Shown: one piece after another, positions 1 to 8,355 of the stretch
How positions within the stretch are numbered: position 1 is the stretch's first letter
How the letters are laid out: each line of letters starts with the position of its first letter
From: Candidatus Saccharimonas aalborgensis
GTDB lineage: Bacteria > Patescibacteriota > Saccharimonadia > Saccharimonadales > Saccharimonadaceae
NCBI RefSeq assembly: GCF_000392435.1
Contig: NC_021219.1
Span: 750,001 to 782,000, forward strand
Direction: 5' to 3'
Length of the DNA stretch: 32,000 bases
Made by a program: the position numbers and the translations under genes
Notes under the pieces: generated by a model
Told to the model about the DNA's origin: nothing
The model's input: the letters and a program-made list of their open reading frames with translations, nothing else
Databases searched by the model: none

Positions 1-2
1 GT

Positions 3-1031
3 CCCGCTAAAGGTGATGCTGAGCGTGAGCTACTCGAAACCTACGCTCACTATACAACGCCCCCGTCACCACGCATTAGTCCCGTTCGCACTAGTAGCTA
101 CCGCACCGGCAAAAGGGATAAGATTGGTGTTATCCTTCCTGATACTCAGTTTGGTTATCGCTATGTAGACGGCATTTATGTGCCCATTCATGATCCTCGT
201 GCCCTCAACGTTGCGCGTCAGGTAATCCGCTGCATTGGCACCGAACTCGACCTCGTTGTTCATGTTGGCGATGCGCTCGACTACCCCCATTTCGGCAAAC
301 ATGATGATGATCCTGCGACCTGGAATACTACTCAAAAAACAAATGCGGACTTCCAGCGGGAAGTTACTGCTGGTGCAATGCGCGCTGATGCGCCAAATGC
401 AAAAAGTGTATGGCTCGAGGGAAATCACGAGAAGCGTCGCCGTGTGTATGTGGAAGATAAGGCACCTCACCTTGTCGGTGAGCGAGTTGTCAACCCGGAT
501 GGTTCCCCAGGTGAGTTGGCCCTATCTTTGGCAAATGTATTCAGTTTAGGGAAGCTTGGTATCGATTACATCGAGGGCTATCCCAATAACTGGTACCGCA
601 TCAATGACCGACTCATGGTAATTCATGGCAGCCAATCAAACGTAAAGGGGAGTACTGTGCACGGCATACTGCATAACACGGCGCATCCCTCGATGTCTGT
701 CATTAGCGGCCATACGCATCGAGCTGAAAAGGCCACCAAGACGATATACCTACCCGACGGAACACCACGAACTGTTCAAGCCGAATCATTTGGTACGTTG
801 GCAGACATTCGTGGAGCGGTGCCGGCTGGCAATATGGGACGCACTATGGATAATCTTCACACCGAAAGCTTACCAAACTGGCAGCAGGGCTTAGGAATTG
901 TCTATTACCGTGAAGGTGATGCACCGTTTAAGACCGAATTTGTGCCAATTCATACCTTTGATGGCCATGAAGCACTGTTTGATGGTAAGGTATTTACTCC
1001 AACGGTCGACGAGTACGGCAACCCACTATAA
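3..1031 (+). CDS. Calcineurin-like metallophosphoesterase, 5' end outside the window (partial)
   Basis: The frame of ORF 180..1031 stays open back to base 3, and the upstream part encodes motif I (IGVILPDTQFG). Further motifs are VHVGDALD (GDxxD), LEGNHE (GNHE), VIHGSQ and SGHTHR (GHxH). The GTG at 180 is therefore not the real start. Confidence 0.8.
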   Translation, partial: PAKGDAERELLETYAHYTTPPSPRISPVRTSSYRTGKRDKIGVILPDTQFGYRYVDGIYVPIHDPRALNVARQVIRCIGTELDLVVHVGDALDYPHFGKHDDDPATWNTTQKTNADFQREVTAGAMRADAPNAKSVWLEGNHEKRRRVYVEDKAPHLVGERVVNPDGSPGELALSLANVFSLGKLGIDYIEGYPNNWYRINDRLMVIHGSQSNVKGSTVHGILHNTAHPSMSVISGHTHRAEKATKTIYLPDGTPRTVQAESFGTLADIRGAVPAGNMGRTMDNLHTESLPNWQQGLGIVYYREGDAPFKTEFVPIHTFDGHEALFDGKVFTPTVDEYGNPL

Positions 1032-1046
1032 CCAGAGACTACAGTC

Positions 1047-1055
1047 TGATATACT
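1047..1055 (+). promoter_or_regulatory. Extended -10 element TGaTATACT upstream of lysS
   Basis: TG-n-TATACT sits in the 52-bp gap and implies a leader of about 25 nt. Confidence 0.35.
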
Positions 1056-1086
1056 GTACCTAGTAATTAACTAGTGGGACTACTTG

Positions 1087-2595
1087 ATGGCGACATTGAA
1101 GGAATTGCGCGATGAGCGCCTACGAAAATTAGATGATCTAAAAAAGCTAGGAGTCAACGCCTATCCTGCTGAGTCGGCGCGCACTCATACATGCCGCGAG
1201 GTAGCAGAACAGTTTGAGTCGCTCGAAGGCCAGACGGTCAAGGTCGTTGGTCGTTTGATCGGAACACGCAAATTTGGCAAACTGGCCTTTCTCGTGCTGC
1301 GTGATATGAGCGGCCAGGTGCAGCTATTTCTCAAAGCAGATACTATCGAACCACTCAATGCACCACTATCGCAGCTGGGCATGGATGAGTTAAACCTGCT
1401 AGATCCAGGTGATTTCGTCGAAGCAGAAGGAGTCGTTATCCGCACACAGACGGGTGAAGTGAGTGTCGATGTACGGAAATTTCGTCTTCTCACGAAATCA
1501 CTGCGACCGATGCCAACTGAGCAAGAGGGGTTTCGTGACAAAGAAGAGCGTTTTCGTCGTCGCTACGTCGACATGAACGTCAACCGCGACGTCCGTGAAC
1601 GATTTGTTCGCCGAAGTAAGTTTTGGCAGGCGACACGTAAGTTCCTCGATGATCATGGATTCTATGAGGTAAATGTTCCAGTCCTCGAGCATACGACGGG
1701 TGGAGCTGATGCAACGCCGTTTGTGACTCACATGGATGCGCTTGATCAGGATTTCTACTTACGGATTAGTCACGAACTTCCGCTCAAGCGGCTCCTCGGA
1801 GCTGGGTTCGAAAAAGTGTATGATGTTGGGCCGCGCTTCCGCAACGAGAATTATACTGATGAGCATCTGCCCGAGCACATTGCGATGGAATGGTACTGGG
1901 CGTATGCCAACTGGCAGGACGGCATGAAGTTCATGGAAGAGATGTATCGCTATGTTTTGTCAGAAACCTTTGGCACGTTGCAATTTGATATTCAGGGCAA
2001 ACAGGTTGACATGGGTAAAGAGTGGGAAGTATGGGACTACGCCACGGTCATTCGAGATCACTATGGGATCGATGTGCACAACACGAGCATTGAAGAAGTG
2101 AGCACGAAATTAGCCGAGAATAAACTAGAAGTCGAAAAAACTGATAGTATCCCGCGTGGCATCGATAAGCTGTGGAAACACATTCGCAAAGATGTCGTTG
2201 GTCCAGTGTGGCTCGTTAACACGCCCAAATTTATTTCGCCGCTTGCAAAAAGTAGTGTCGATAACCCCGATGTCGTGCAACGGTTTCAGGCCGTCATCGT
2301 GGGGAGTGAGCTGTGCAACGGGTTTAGCGAGCTCAACGATCCGATCGACCAATACAATCGGTTTATAGAGCAGCAGCAAATGCGTGATGGTGGAGATGAT
2401 GAAGCCATGATGCTTGATATCGACTTTGTTGAGATGCTCGAATACGGTATGCCACCGGCGTGTGGACTCGGCTATAGCGAGCGGGTATTTTGGATGTTCG
2501 AGGGCGTGACCGCACGCGAGGGCGTGCCGTTCCCGCAGCTCAGAAGTGATATTGATGAGGTAACAAAAAGCCTCTATCCAAATGTAAAATTATAA
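1087..2595 (+). CDS. lysS: Lysyl-tRNA synthetase, class II
   Basis: The N-terminus MATLKELRDERLRKLDDLKKLGVNAYP is typical of LysRS. There is an OB-fold region (VKVVGRLIGTRKFGKLAFLVLRD), class II core motifs (GPRFRNEN) and a C-terminal GLGYSERV. ATG 1087 is preferred over the adjacent TTG 1084. Confidence 0.93.
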   Translation: MATLKELRDERLRKLDDLKKLGVNAYPAESARTHTCREVAEQFESLEGQTVKVVGRLIGTRKFGKLAFLVLRDMSGQVQLFLKADTIEPLNAPLSQLGMDELNLLDPGDFVEAEGVVIRTQTGEVSVDVRKFRLLTKSLRPMPTEQEGFRDKEERFRRRYVDMNVNRDVRERFVRRSKFWQATRKFLDDHGFYEVNVPVLEHTTGGADATPFVTHMDALDQDFYLRISHELPLKRLLGAGFEKVYDVGPRFRNENYTDEHLPEHIAMEWYWAYANWQDGMKFMEEMYRYVLSETFGTLQFDIQGKQVDMGKEWEVWDYATVIRDHYGIDVHNTSIEEVSTKLAENKLEVEKTDSIPRGIDKLWKHIRKDVVGPVWLVNTPKFISPLAKSSVDNPDVVQRFQAVIVGSELCNGFSELNDPIDQYNRFIEQQQMRDGGDDEAMMLDIDFVEMLEYGMPPACGLGYSERVFWMFEGVTAREGVPFPQLRSDIDEVTKSLYPNVKL

Positions 2596-2626
2596 AGCCA
2601 TTGATAACCGTTCGGGAGGAGAATTA

Positions 2627-3310
2627 ATGATTGAACTAAAATCTGTCACAAAGACATACGGCAAAAAGAAAAACACGTTTACGGCGCTTGATGATGTAAG
2701 CTTTGTTATTCCCGACGGCGCAACTGTTGCGATTGTCGGAAAAAGCGGGAGTGGGAAGAGCACGCTGATGCATGCAATGAGCGGGCTCGACCGACCAGAA
2801 GTGGGAGAAGTTATCATCGATGGCGACAATATCCTGACACTTAAAGCAAAAGCAGTCGATGCATTTCGATCTGAAAAGATGGCGTTTATATTCCAGAGCT
2901 TTTTTGTGCAAGGAAATGAGAGTTGCTACAACAATGTAAGCTTGCCACTCGAGATTGCAAAAGTTCCACTGCGCAATCGTCGTGCAAAAATACTCGCGGC
3001 GCTTAAGGCTGTGGGTCTTGATGATAAGGTCAAGTCGCGTGCACGCGATCTGTCTGGTGGTCAAAAGCAGCGTCTTGCCATTGCACGAGCAATTGTTGGG
3101 GAGCCGACCGTACTTTTCGCCGATGAACCAACGGGTAATCTGGACAGCACGACGGGAGCACAGATAGAAAAGCTGCTCTTTGATTACAACAAAAAACATA
3201 AAGCAACCCTGGTAATCGTCACGCATGATCATGATATTGCACGGAAGTGTCAGATACAGATTATGATCAAAGATGGAAAAGTTCAGTCTATCGAGGAGGC
3301 AAAACGATGA
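2627..3310 (+). CDS. ABC transporter ATP-binding protein (MacB/LolD-like)
   Basis: Walker A GKSGSGKST, signature LSGGQKQR, Walker B VLFADEPT, H-loop VTHD. A strong SD (GGGAGGAG, 2614..2621) lies 5 nt upstream of the ATG. Confidence 0.92.
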   Translation: MIELKSVTKTYGKKKNTFTALDDVSFVIPDGATVAIVGKSGSGKSTLMHAMSGLDRPEVGEVIIDGDNILTLKAKAVDAFRSEKMAFIFQSFFVQGNESCYNNVSLPLEIAKVPLRNRRAKILAALKAVGLDDKVKSRARDLSGGQKQRLAIARAIVGEPTVLFADEPTGNLDSTTGAQIEKLLFDYNKKHKATLVIVTHDHDIARKCQIQIMIKDGKVQSIEEAKR

Positions 3311-4662
3311 AACGTATCGATATCATGAAGCGCGCTGGTCGTAATTTGCGCCAAGCAAAAGCACGTACGCTCCTGACGAGCCTTGCTATTGCCGTCGGTG
3401 CATTCACGTTGACAGCAAGTCTCGCAGTCGGCGAAGGTGCTCGCCAATATGCCGACAAACTGATCAAGAGCAATGTTGATCCGCAATCGGTGTATGTCAC
3501 AAAAGAAAAAATACGCGAGAATGGTCCAGCGGGCTCGGGCCTAAAAGAATATAGCGATAGCGCCGCACAGTACAATGGCATCACCATCAAAACGTTGAGT
3601 GCTGACGATATCAAAACTATCAGTGAAATAAAGGGGGTGAGTAAAGTTGCGCCAACCTATCTCATTAGCACGCAGTATGTAACATTCGAAGGCAAGGATA
3701 AAAAATATGTCAGCGACGTGACAACCTACGACCCCACCGTACTTGCATCGATCGCAAGCGGGACACTACCAAAACTCGGTGATCAAATCGGCGTAGACGA
3801 GGTTGTTATGCCAGAGTCGTATGCAGACTCGCTCGACATGAAACCCGCGGATCTCGTGGGCAAAACAGTAACGCTTCATTTGGTTAAGACTGGCAAACAG
3901 CCCAGCCAAGCAGAACTCCAGCAGGCATTTTTACAGGGAGGAACAGCGGCAGTTCAGAGTCTCGTACAAGTAGAGACCAAAGACATACAGCTCCGTGTTC
4001 GTGCCGTGAGTGCAAAATCAAGCACCTCATTTTCGGCAACGGCGGCACTGTTTATATCTGATACAAAGGCAGCTGAGTTGGCAGATTACCTTACGGCGGG
4101 CACGTCGCAGTATAGGCAATACATCTCTGCAACAGTAATTGTCGATAAGGCAACCAGCCCCGAGACAGTTAAGCAGTCAATTCTCGATAAGGGGATGCAT
4201 GCCTTGACAGCAAAAGATCTATCTGGCATCATCTTTACGATCGTCGATATACTACAGGGAATTGTTACTGGGTTTGGTATTTTAGCGTTGATTGCAAGCG
4301 TATTTGGGATTATCAACACGCAGTATATTAGTGTGCTTGAGCGCACTAGCCAGATTGGGCTGATGAAAGCGCTCGGTATGAGCCGTCGCGGTATTGCAAA
4401 GTTGTTTCGCTACGAAGCGGCATGGATTGGCTTTATCGGTGGGTTAATTGGTGCGGGAATCGCCTTTGTTGTCGGTACGGCGCTCAATCCATGGATCACA
4501 AAAACACTGTCATTGGGTGATGGCAACTATCTCCTCATCTATGTGTGGTGGCAAATAGCCTCATTGCTGCTTGCGCTCATCCTCGTTGCCGTGGTCGCCG
4601 GCTGGTTCCCGGCTCGCAAAGCGGCTCGGCTTGATCCGATCGAAGCGCTACGTACAGAGTAG
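3307..4662 (+). CDS. ABC transporter permease, MacB/FtsX-like (4 TM with a large extracytoplasmic domain)
   Basis: ATG 3307 overlaps the ATPase stop codon (ATGA). There is an N-terminal TM (LLTSLAIAVGAFTL), a soluble domain of roughly 280 aa, and a C-terminal FtsX-type 3-TM domain ending in FPARKAARLDPIEALR. The ORF-track start at 3247 lies inside the ATPase gene. Confidence 0.88.
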   Translation: MKRIDIMKRAGRNLRQAKARTLLTSLAIAVGAFTLTASLAVGEGARQYADKLIKSNVDPQSVYVTKEKIRENGPAGSGLKEYSDSAAQYNGITIKTLSADDIKTISEIKGVSKVAPTYLISTQYVTFEGKDKKYVSDVTTYDPTVLASIASGTLPKLGDQIGVDEVVMPESYADSLDMKPADLVGKTVTLHLVKTGKQPSQAELQQAFLQGGTAAVQSLVQVETKDIQLRVRAVSAKSSTSFSATAALFISDTKAAELADYLTAGTSQYRQYISATVIVDKATSPETVKQSILDKGMHALTAKDLSGIIFTIVDILQGIVTGFGILALIASVFGIINTQYISVLERTSQIGLMKALGMSRRGIAKLFRYEAAWIGFIGGLIGAGIAFVVGTALNPWITKTLSLGDGNYLLIYVWWQIASLLLALILVAVVAGWFPARKAARLDPIEALRTE

Positions 4663-4687
4663 AGAACTCGATTTTTCATACTAATTA

Positions 4688-4696
4688 TGCTAATCT
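4688..4696 (+). promoter_or_regulatory. Extended -10 TGcTAATCT, 9 nt before ATG 4706
   Basis: There is no SD between the box and the start codon. Confidence 0.35.
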
Positions 4697-4705
4697 ATTC
4701 TGGTA

Positions 4706-5404
4706 ATGTCACTCGAAAAATACAAAAATGAAAAACGTCTTGTCGAACGCACACACCACTCTCCCTATCTCTATGCTGCAGCTTTTGGTCGTGTCGTACA
4801 CTCTCGTGGTGTCGAAACGGTTGTTGATGTCGCGGCGGGTGATAGCGAATACGCCGCATCTCGTGTCATAAGTGGTCAGCGAGTCATTCGTGTTGATAGA
4901 GATTATGACCGTGTAGCCCCAAGGGGGGGTGACTGGCTGGCTGCAAGCGCGGAAAGTATGCCTATTGAGGATGGGTCGGTAGACGCAGTTATCTCGGCCT
5001 TTTTGATACAGCACTTGAGCCCAGAACAGCAAACAAAGGCAATTAGCGAGATGCTTCGTATCGCAAAACCTTACCGTGTGGGTGAGAATAGAGGCTTTGT
5101 CGGGTTATACCCGGTATATGATTATCGCAAAATGGAAGACAAGCTAAAAAGAACAGGTTTTTGGGATCAAATCGGCCTTGCAACTGATTTTGATGCATTT
5201 GATGGCGTGCCGCTTGACGAGCGAAGGTTGAAGTACCCTACACTATGGATACCAAAATGGCAGTCGATGGGTGCCGATGAGAGACAATCGCTCGTTACGG
5301 CAGTGGTAGAGTCCGGTGCATTTTATCGCCGCCGTACCGCTGCCGATGTTGCGCGACAATTGGCTATGCGTGCCGCTGGTGACACACGCGTGCACACAAA
5401 ATAG
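4706..5404 (+). CDS. Class I SAM-dependent methyltransferase-fold protein, unknown substrate
   Basis: Degenerate motif I VVDVAAGDS, post-I IRVDRD, and a Methyltransf_11-like motif II/III DGSVDAVISAFLIQHL. No closer family is recognised. Confidence 0.55.
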   Translation: MSLEKYKNEKRLVERTHHSPYLYAAAFGRVVHSRGVETVVDVAAGDSEYAASRVISGQRVIRVDRDYDRVAPRGGDWLAASAESMPIEDGSVDAVISAFLIQHLSPEQQTKAISEMLRIAKPYRVGENRGFVGLYPVYDYRKMEDKLKRTGFWDQIGLATDFDAFDGVPLDERRLKYPTLWIPKWQSMGADERQSLVTAVVESGAFYRRRTAADVARQLAMRAAGDTRVHTK

Positions 5405-5430
5405 ACGGCCAACCTCAAACCGAGTATACT
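5402..5430 (+). promoter_or_regulatory. serS promoter TAGACG-17-TATACT; the -10 ends 7 nt before the ATG
   Basis: Hexamers and spacer were counted directly. The 7 nt (GTACCGT) contain no SD, which is leaderless geometry. Confidence 0.45.
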
Positions 5431-5437
5431 GTACCGT

Positions 5438-6682
5438 ATGTTAGATATTCGATTCATCAGGGAGAATCCCGACCGCGTTCAGACGGCCGCGGCGCAAAAA
5501 GGCTATACAGTAAATATTCAGGAGCTTTTGCATGCCGATGAATCGCGTCGTGAACTTCAGCAAAAAGCTGATGAGCTACGGACACGTCGTAACGAAATTG
5601 CCGCACAAATGAAGGGTGGGAAGCCAGCTGCTGAACTTGTCGAAGAAGGTAAAAGAATTAAGACTGAGCTTGCAGGAATAGAAGATCACCTACGGGTTGT
5701 AAGTGAGGCATATCAAGATCTGCTATGGGCAGTGCCAAATATTACTCTCGATGATGTACCGCTCGGTTGTGAGGAAGATTCGGTTGAAATAAAAAAAGTT
5801 GGTGAGCAAAAAACGGGTGCAAAGGATCATCTTGACTTTGCGCTTGCGCGTGATTGGGTTGATTTTGAGAGGGGAACTAAAGTCGCCGGTGCGAAGTTCT
5901 ACTTCGTAAAAGGGGACTTAGCACTGCTCGAAAACGCCATTGTTCAATTTGCCCTACAAAAGGTTACCGAAAAAGGCTTTACGCTAATGACCGTACCGCA
6001 TATGGTGAACCAGCGTACAATGACAGGTACTGGTTTTGCGCCACGTACTAGTGACCAATCTGACGAGTATAGTATCGAAGGTGAAGATTTATCGCTCATC
6101 GCTACAGCTGAAATTTCACTCACCGGCTACCATGCCGACGAAGTTATCGATGAAGCAAGGTTACCTCTCCTGTATGCGGGTTATAGCCCCTGTTATCGCA
6201 AAGAAGCGGGTGCCGCGGGTAAGCATACTCGTGGACTATTTCGCGTGCACCAGTTTAATAAACTTGAGATGTATGCGTACACGACACCAGAACAGAGTGC
6301 CGAGGTACACGAGAAGATTTTGGCAATCGAGGAAGAACTATGGCAGGAAATGGGTATCCCATATCATGTTATCAATATCGCTGCGGGTGATTTGGGCGCG
6401 CCAGCTGCCAAAAAGTATGATATCGAATACTGGTCCCCAGTTGATGGGAAATATCGTGAACTAACGAGCTGTAGCAACTGTACTGATTTTCAGGCACGCA
6501 ATCTCAATATTCGGGTTCGTCGCCCAGATGGATCAATTGAGGTGCTGCACACCCTCAATGGTACTGCAGTTAGCCTGGCTCGATCGCTTGTCGCCGTACT
6601 TGAAAATTACCAAAACGAAGATGGAACCCTCAGAGTACCAGAAGTTTTGCGTCCATATCTTGGTGGTCGCGAGGTACTATAA
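5438..6682 (+). CDS. serS: Seryl-tRNA synthetase
   Basis: MLDIRFIRENPDRV followed by an N-terminal coiled-coil arm. Class II core: FYFVKGDLALLENA, CYRKEAGAAGKHTRGLFRVHQFNKLEMY, TLNGTAVSLARSLVAVLENYQNEDG. Confidence 0.95.
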   Translation: MLDIRFIRENPDRVQTAAAQKGYTVNIQELLHADESRRELQQKADELRTRRNEIAAQMKGGKPAAELVEEGKRIKTELAGIEDHLRVVSEAYQDLLWAVPNITLDDVPLGCEEDSVEIKKVGEQKTGAKDHLDFALARDWVDFERGTKVAGAKFYFVKGDLALLENAIVQFALQKVTEKGFTLMTVPHMVNQRTMTGTGFAPRTSDQSDEYSIEGEDLSLIATAEISLTGYHADEVIDEARLPLLYAGYSPCYRKEAGAAGKHTRGLFRVHQFNKLEMYAYTTPEQSAEVHEKILAIEEELWQEMGIPYHVINIAAGDLGAPAAKKYDIEYWSPVDGKYRELTSCSNCTDFQARNLNIRVRRPDGSIEVLHTLNGTAVSLARSLVAVLENYQNEDGTLRVPEVLRPYLGGREVL

Positions 6683-6684
6683 TC

Positions 6685-7830
6685 GTGATAAAACGTGTCG
6701 TGCGACGGACGACAAAACAAGTCTACAAACACGCTATCAAGCCGGTTCTGTTCAAGCAACACCCTGACAATGTGCATAAACACCTGATAAAAGTCGCCAA
6801 ACATACCCAGCGTATACCGGCGGTAAAACGTTTACCAAAACTATGGGCATATCAGGCGCCGTGTCTCGAGCAAACTATACTGGGCTTACATTTCAAAAAC
6901 CCCGTTGGACTTGCCGCTGGGTTTGACAAAGATATTGAGATGGCACCCACCATAAAAAATGTTGGGTTTGGATGGATGACGGGCGGGTCGGTGACGGCAC
7001 AACCCTGCAGGGGTAATCCGAAACCATGGTTTTATCGACTTCCTCAGTCAAAATCCCTTGTTGTTCATGCTGGATTACCCAGCGATGGCATAGTGGCGAT
7101 TCTGCAGCATCTCGCTACATATCCTGCATCTTTATTTACTTCAATGCCGCTTGCCGTGTCGGTAGCTAAGACTAATTCCAAAGAAACAGCGTTAGACGAG
7201 CAGGGCATCACCGATTATTGCGAGAGCTTAAGACTACTTAACATACAAAACCACTGCCAACTATACGAGATCAACATCAGTTGTCCCAATGCATTTGGTG
7301 GCGAGCCGTTTACTGATCCCGAGCGACTTGAGAAACTGCTTGCAGCGATTGATAGTCTCAAGCTTCATAGTCCAGTTTTTCTTAAAATGCCGATAGACAA
7401 GCCATGGCTCGAGTTTCGTGAGCTACTACAGGTAGCTTCCGAGCACAATATACAGGGTGTAACAATCGGGAATCTCCTAAAAGATCGTAGTGCAGCTCAC
7501 CTGAGTGAACCATTGCCAGATGAAATTCAGGGTAGCTTGAGCGGCAAACCAACGCGTCAAATCTCAACCGAACTCATTCGGCAGACATACCGTGAATTCT
7601 CGGATAGGTTTGTCATCATCGGTGTAGGAGGGATTTTTTCGGCACATGACGCGTATAAAAAGATACGGGCCGGTGCGAGCCTGGTGGCGCTTATCACCGG
7701 TATGATATTTGAAGGTCCACAACTTATCGGTGAGATCAACGCTGGACTTGAGAGTTATCTGAAACGTGATGGATTTGGGAATATTCACGAGGCTGTAGGC
7801 GTTGATACTCATGACAAAAAAGGCGTATAA
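6685..7830 (+). CDS. pyrD: Dihydroorotate dehydrogenase-like flavoenzyme (class-2-like scaffold with Cys at the catalytic-base position)
   Basis: FKNPVGLAAGFDKD, INISCPN, GSLSGKP and IIGVGGI align with E. coli PyrD (FKNPLGLAAGLDKDG, INISSPN, GGLSGRP, IIGVGGI). An N-terminal extension of about 60 aa is present. GTG 6685 is preceded by GAGG 9 nt upstream; GTG 6700 is an alternative start. Confidence 0.8.
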   Translation: MIKRVVRRTTKQVYKHAIKPVLFKQHPDNVHKHLIKVAKHTQRIPAVKRLPKLWAYQAPCLEQTILGLHFKNPVGLAAGFDKDIEMAPTIKNVGFGWMTGGSVTAQPCRGNPKPWFYRLPQSKSLVVHAGLPSDGIVAILQHLATYPASLFTSMPLAVSVAKTNSKETALDEQGITDYCESLRLLNIQNHCQLYEINISCPNAFGGEPFTDPERLEKLLAAIDSLKLHSPVFLKMPIDKPWLEFRELLQVASEHNIQGVTIGNLLKDRSAAHLSEPLPDEIQGSLSGKPTRQISTELIRQTYREFSDRFVIIGVGGIFSAHDAYKKIRAGASLVALITGMIFEGPQLIGEINAGLESYLKRDGFGNIHEAVGVDTHDKKGV

Positions 7831-7866
7831 TAAAGGTACTAGCGGTTAACGAGAAAGGGGTCTATC

Positions 7867-8241
7867 GTGATCACAAACGTCGAAATAACCGGAGTCGGCT
7901 CATACACAGTCGACGAATCCACAAAAAAATATGTGTTAAAAAAAATTGGCAGCCTCGAGCGACTTGCTCCGCGGCACGCGCGCAAGAGCATGCATGCTGA
8001 CGTAAAATTGGCTGAGGTCAATCGAGACAAAGGTAACAAGTATGAGGTTGAGGTTATCCTCACTGTTCCAGATCGTCGGTTGACAGCAAAAGATTCAACA
8101 ATGAACATACTAGCTGCCATTGATATTGTTGAAGCTAAGCTTGCATCGCAGCTGCGTAAATACAAGCAAGAGACCGTGCCGCATGTTGGCAGACGCAAGC
8201 TACTCGATCGCTTCAAGCGAAGCTATGCGCGCGAACAGTAA
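7867..8241 (+). CDS. hpf: Ribosome hibernation promoting factor / RaiA family (short form)
   Basis: The segment KDSTMNILAAIDIVEAKLASQLRKYKQ aligns with E. coli HPF (GQDMYAAIDGLIDKLARQLTKHKDK). The GTG start has an AAAGGGG SD. Confidence 0.8.
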   Translation: MITNVEITGVGSYTVDESTKKYVLKKIGSLERLAPRHARKSMHADVKLAEVNRDKGNKYEVEVILTVPDRRLTAKDSTMNILAAIDIVEAKLASQLRKYKQETVPHVGRRKLLDRFKRSYAREQ

Positions 8242-8292
8242 CTATCCCTTAAAATAGTACGCGATACTCTTTTATCTTGGCGCTTCAGCGCG

Positions 8293-8298
8293 TATAAT
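8293..8298 (+). promoter_or_regulatory. Consensus TATAAT -10 upstream of secA (leader of about 50 nt)
   Basis: A perfect hexamer lies in the 114-bp gap. The -35 is poor (TTTTAT at 17 nt). Confidence 0.4.
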
Positions 8299-8355
8299 TA
8301 AGAGGATAGTTTATTCAGTATGAAAGTTGAGATAGAGAGGTAGCAAGGTTTTGAT

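Noticed and set aside
66-470. A 134-aa minus-strand ORF at the window start
   Set aside because: It lies antisense to the motif-bearing metallophosphoesterase frame, has no recognisable motifs and has a low-complexity composition typical of shadow ORFs.
1050-1060. The 11-mer TATACTGTACC shared by the lysS (1050) and serS (5425) upstream regions, considered as a possible aaRS-specific regulatory box
   Set aside because: Six of the 11 bases are simply the -10 hexamer. Many 11-mer repeats are expected by chance in 32 kb, and the glyQS promoter does not share the extra GTACC.
2636-3232. Long antisense ORFs inside conserved genes: 2636..3232, 9745..10500, 16813..17352, 20468..21073, 23710..24225 and 29236..29751, all on the minus strand
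   Set aside because: Each is fully or almost fully embedded opposite a CDS with strong family motifs (ABC ATPase, SecA, FtsE, Ctp, membrane protein, GlyRS). They have Ser/Arg/Cys-rich translations and no start signals, so they are shadow ORFs.
3247-3306. N-terminal extensions offered by the ORF track (3247, 13502, 24857, 16666, 29287, 180)
   Set aside because: The extensions run into the preceding gene or use TTG/GTG codons. Internal ATGs (or, for 180, the open upstream frame) fit homolog N-termini and the SD, overlap or -10 geometry better.
8320-8343. A 7-codon mini-ORF (MKVEIER) in the secA leader, reminiscent of secM-type regulation
   Set aside because: The nearest SD-like AAGAGGA is about 14 nt from its ATG, the peptide is far too short for a known arrest motif, and such mini-ORFs occur by chance in 114 bp.
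8242-8355. Possible tRNA, small RNA, riboswitch or T-box in the largest intergenic gaps (8242..8355, 21369..21459, 19585..19670)
   Set aside because: No T-loop or D-loop signatures and no cloverleaf-compatible stems are present. The leaders of the aaRS genes are 0-47 nt, far shorter than a T-box. The gaps are accounted for by promoter, SD and hairpin elements.
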